From Candidatus Binatia bacterium (GTDB lineage Bacteria > Desulfobacterota > Binatia > UBA9968 > CAXXLF01): 64,000 nt of DNA. Both the position numbers and the translations under genes were made by a program. Positions within the stretch are counted from its first letter, which is position 1, and each line of letters opens with the position of its first letter. The DNA is taken from NCBI GenBank assembly GCA_963664015.2, contig CAXXLF010000001.1, positions 544,001-608,000 of the forward strand, read 5' to 3'. The notes beneath the pieces were generated by a model. That model ran no database searches. It was given only the letters and a program-made list of their open reading frames with translations, and was not told the DNA's origin. This document shows positions 63,209 to 64,000 of this stretch, in pieces.

Positions 63209-63756
63209 TCTACCAGTTTTACCGAGTATGATCGGAGTCTACTTTTGAAACGCGGTTACCGAGAATTGAAGAATTTTCAAAAATACCGGCGGTCGGCCCG
63301 ATGGCAAGGGCCCTAAGGGGATGCGGGATGGGCAAATGGGCAGCCCTCCTTCGTTATAGATGGACAATATCCGATAACGGCCTATTATGTCAACCTGGGG
63401 ATAACCTTTCAGGTAGACCGCCACATCTGGAGGATACTTTGACGGTGGAGCTAGACAAATCGGCACGCTGCACCCTTTCAAGCAGAACCCGCTATTTCCA
63501 AATCAATACTTTAATTAAGTCCGACGCGGATTGTAATTCATAACCTATTTAAATACGTACTGTAGAATCAGATTGAAGGAGAGTTCGGTTCAATCCTAGA
63601 CCTGACTATTGATCAACAAATGACTTGATCCGTCCTCTGCTTGTCCTACGCAGTATCGTGTTAAAATCGACCGGCTGGTGATCGTATTCTCACGGACCGA
63701 CCGCATCTGAAGCGACCGTAACAGGTGTCGAGTTCATATGAAGGAGTATCATCATC

Positions 63757-64000
63757 ATGGCTTTCCCCGATTTCGTGGAGGCGTACCAATGGAATTATCG
63801 GCCCCAGCATCCCAGGCGACCTGACTGGTTTAGCGAGTGGCCGGGCGGCAACAGGATGGCGGTGATCCTGATCCTGCTGCACGAATGGCAGTCCATACCC
63901 ACAGACAAGCCGATGACCAGATACGCACACCACACATTCGACTACCTGGCACTGGGCACCCGTGAATATGGCGCCAGGTTTGGCATCTGCCGCCTCCTCG
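63757..64000 (+). CDS. Polysaccharide deacetylase/PuuE-allantoinase-like protein, N-terminal part (runs off the window)
   Basis: AAGGAG RBS; WPGGNRMAV...E; EYGARFGICRLL; frame open to the window end. Confidence 0.7.
   Translation, partial: MAFPDFVEAYQWNYRPQHPRRPDWFSEWPGGNRMAVILILLHEWQSIPTDKPMTRYAHHTFDYLALGTREYGARFGICRLL

Noticed and set aside
63661-63933. 90-aa minus-strand ORF
   Set aside because: The plus-strand frame from 63757 has an RBS and deacetylase-family motifs

Overview
Bacterial chromosomal window. Gene order and content suggest a deltaproteobacterial-type lineage, possibly Binatia/Desulfobacterota-like (inference only). Two housekeeping blocks lie mostly on the minus strand: ftsE-ftsX-envC-ctpA-xseA-M23-xseB-ispA (1-7.4 kb) and yceD-rpmF-plsX-fabD-fabG-acpP-rpiB-glyA-nrdR-ribD-ribE-ribBA-ribH-nusB-leuS-lptE with rpsT and murJ (31-47 kb). 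Between them is an accessory region (7.6-30 kb): a B12-type radical SAM enzyme, ThDP enzyme, LOG protein, two amidohydrolases, EmrAB-like pump, ICL/PEP-mutase and DapA-like proteins, two Rieske oxygenases, SRAP and tRNA-Leu(TAA). The right end holds a decayed Gld-like ABC operon, an HtrA-like pseudoprotease, a thioesterase, queG, a decayed flavin amine oxidase, a siderophore-interacting protein and an FAD-oxidase/Fe-S/geranylgeranyl-reductase operon. No CRISPR array, rRNA, integrase or transposase was seen. Most notable: (1) a seemingly empty region at 13.3-14.5 kb with three sigma54 promoters, an IHF site and palindromes driving tiny, partly Cys-rich ORFs; (2) a RibBA whose DHBP-synthase half has lost its catalytic motifs; (3) a fab cluster lacking both condensing enzymes, plus a decayed ispA; (4) a radical SAM enzyme with a duplicated helical C-terminal module; (5) a REP-like repeat translated inside QueG; (6) widespread pseudogenisation of accessory genes. 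All calls come from motif recognition, not database searches.
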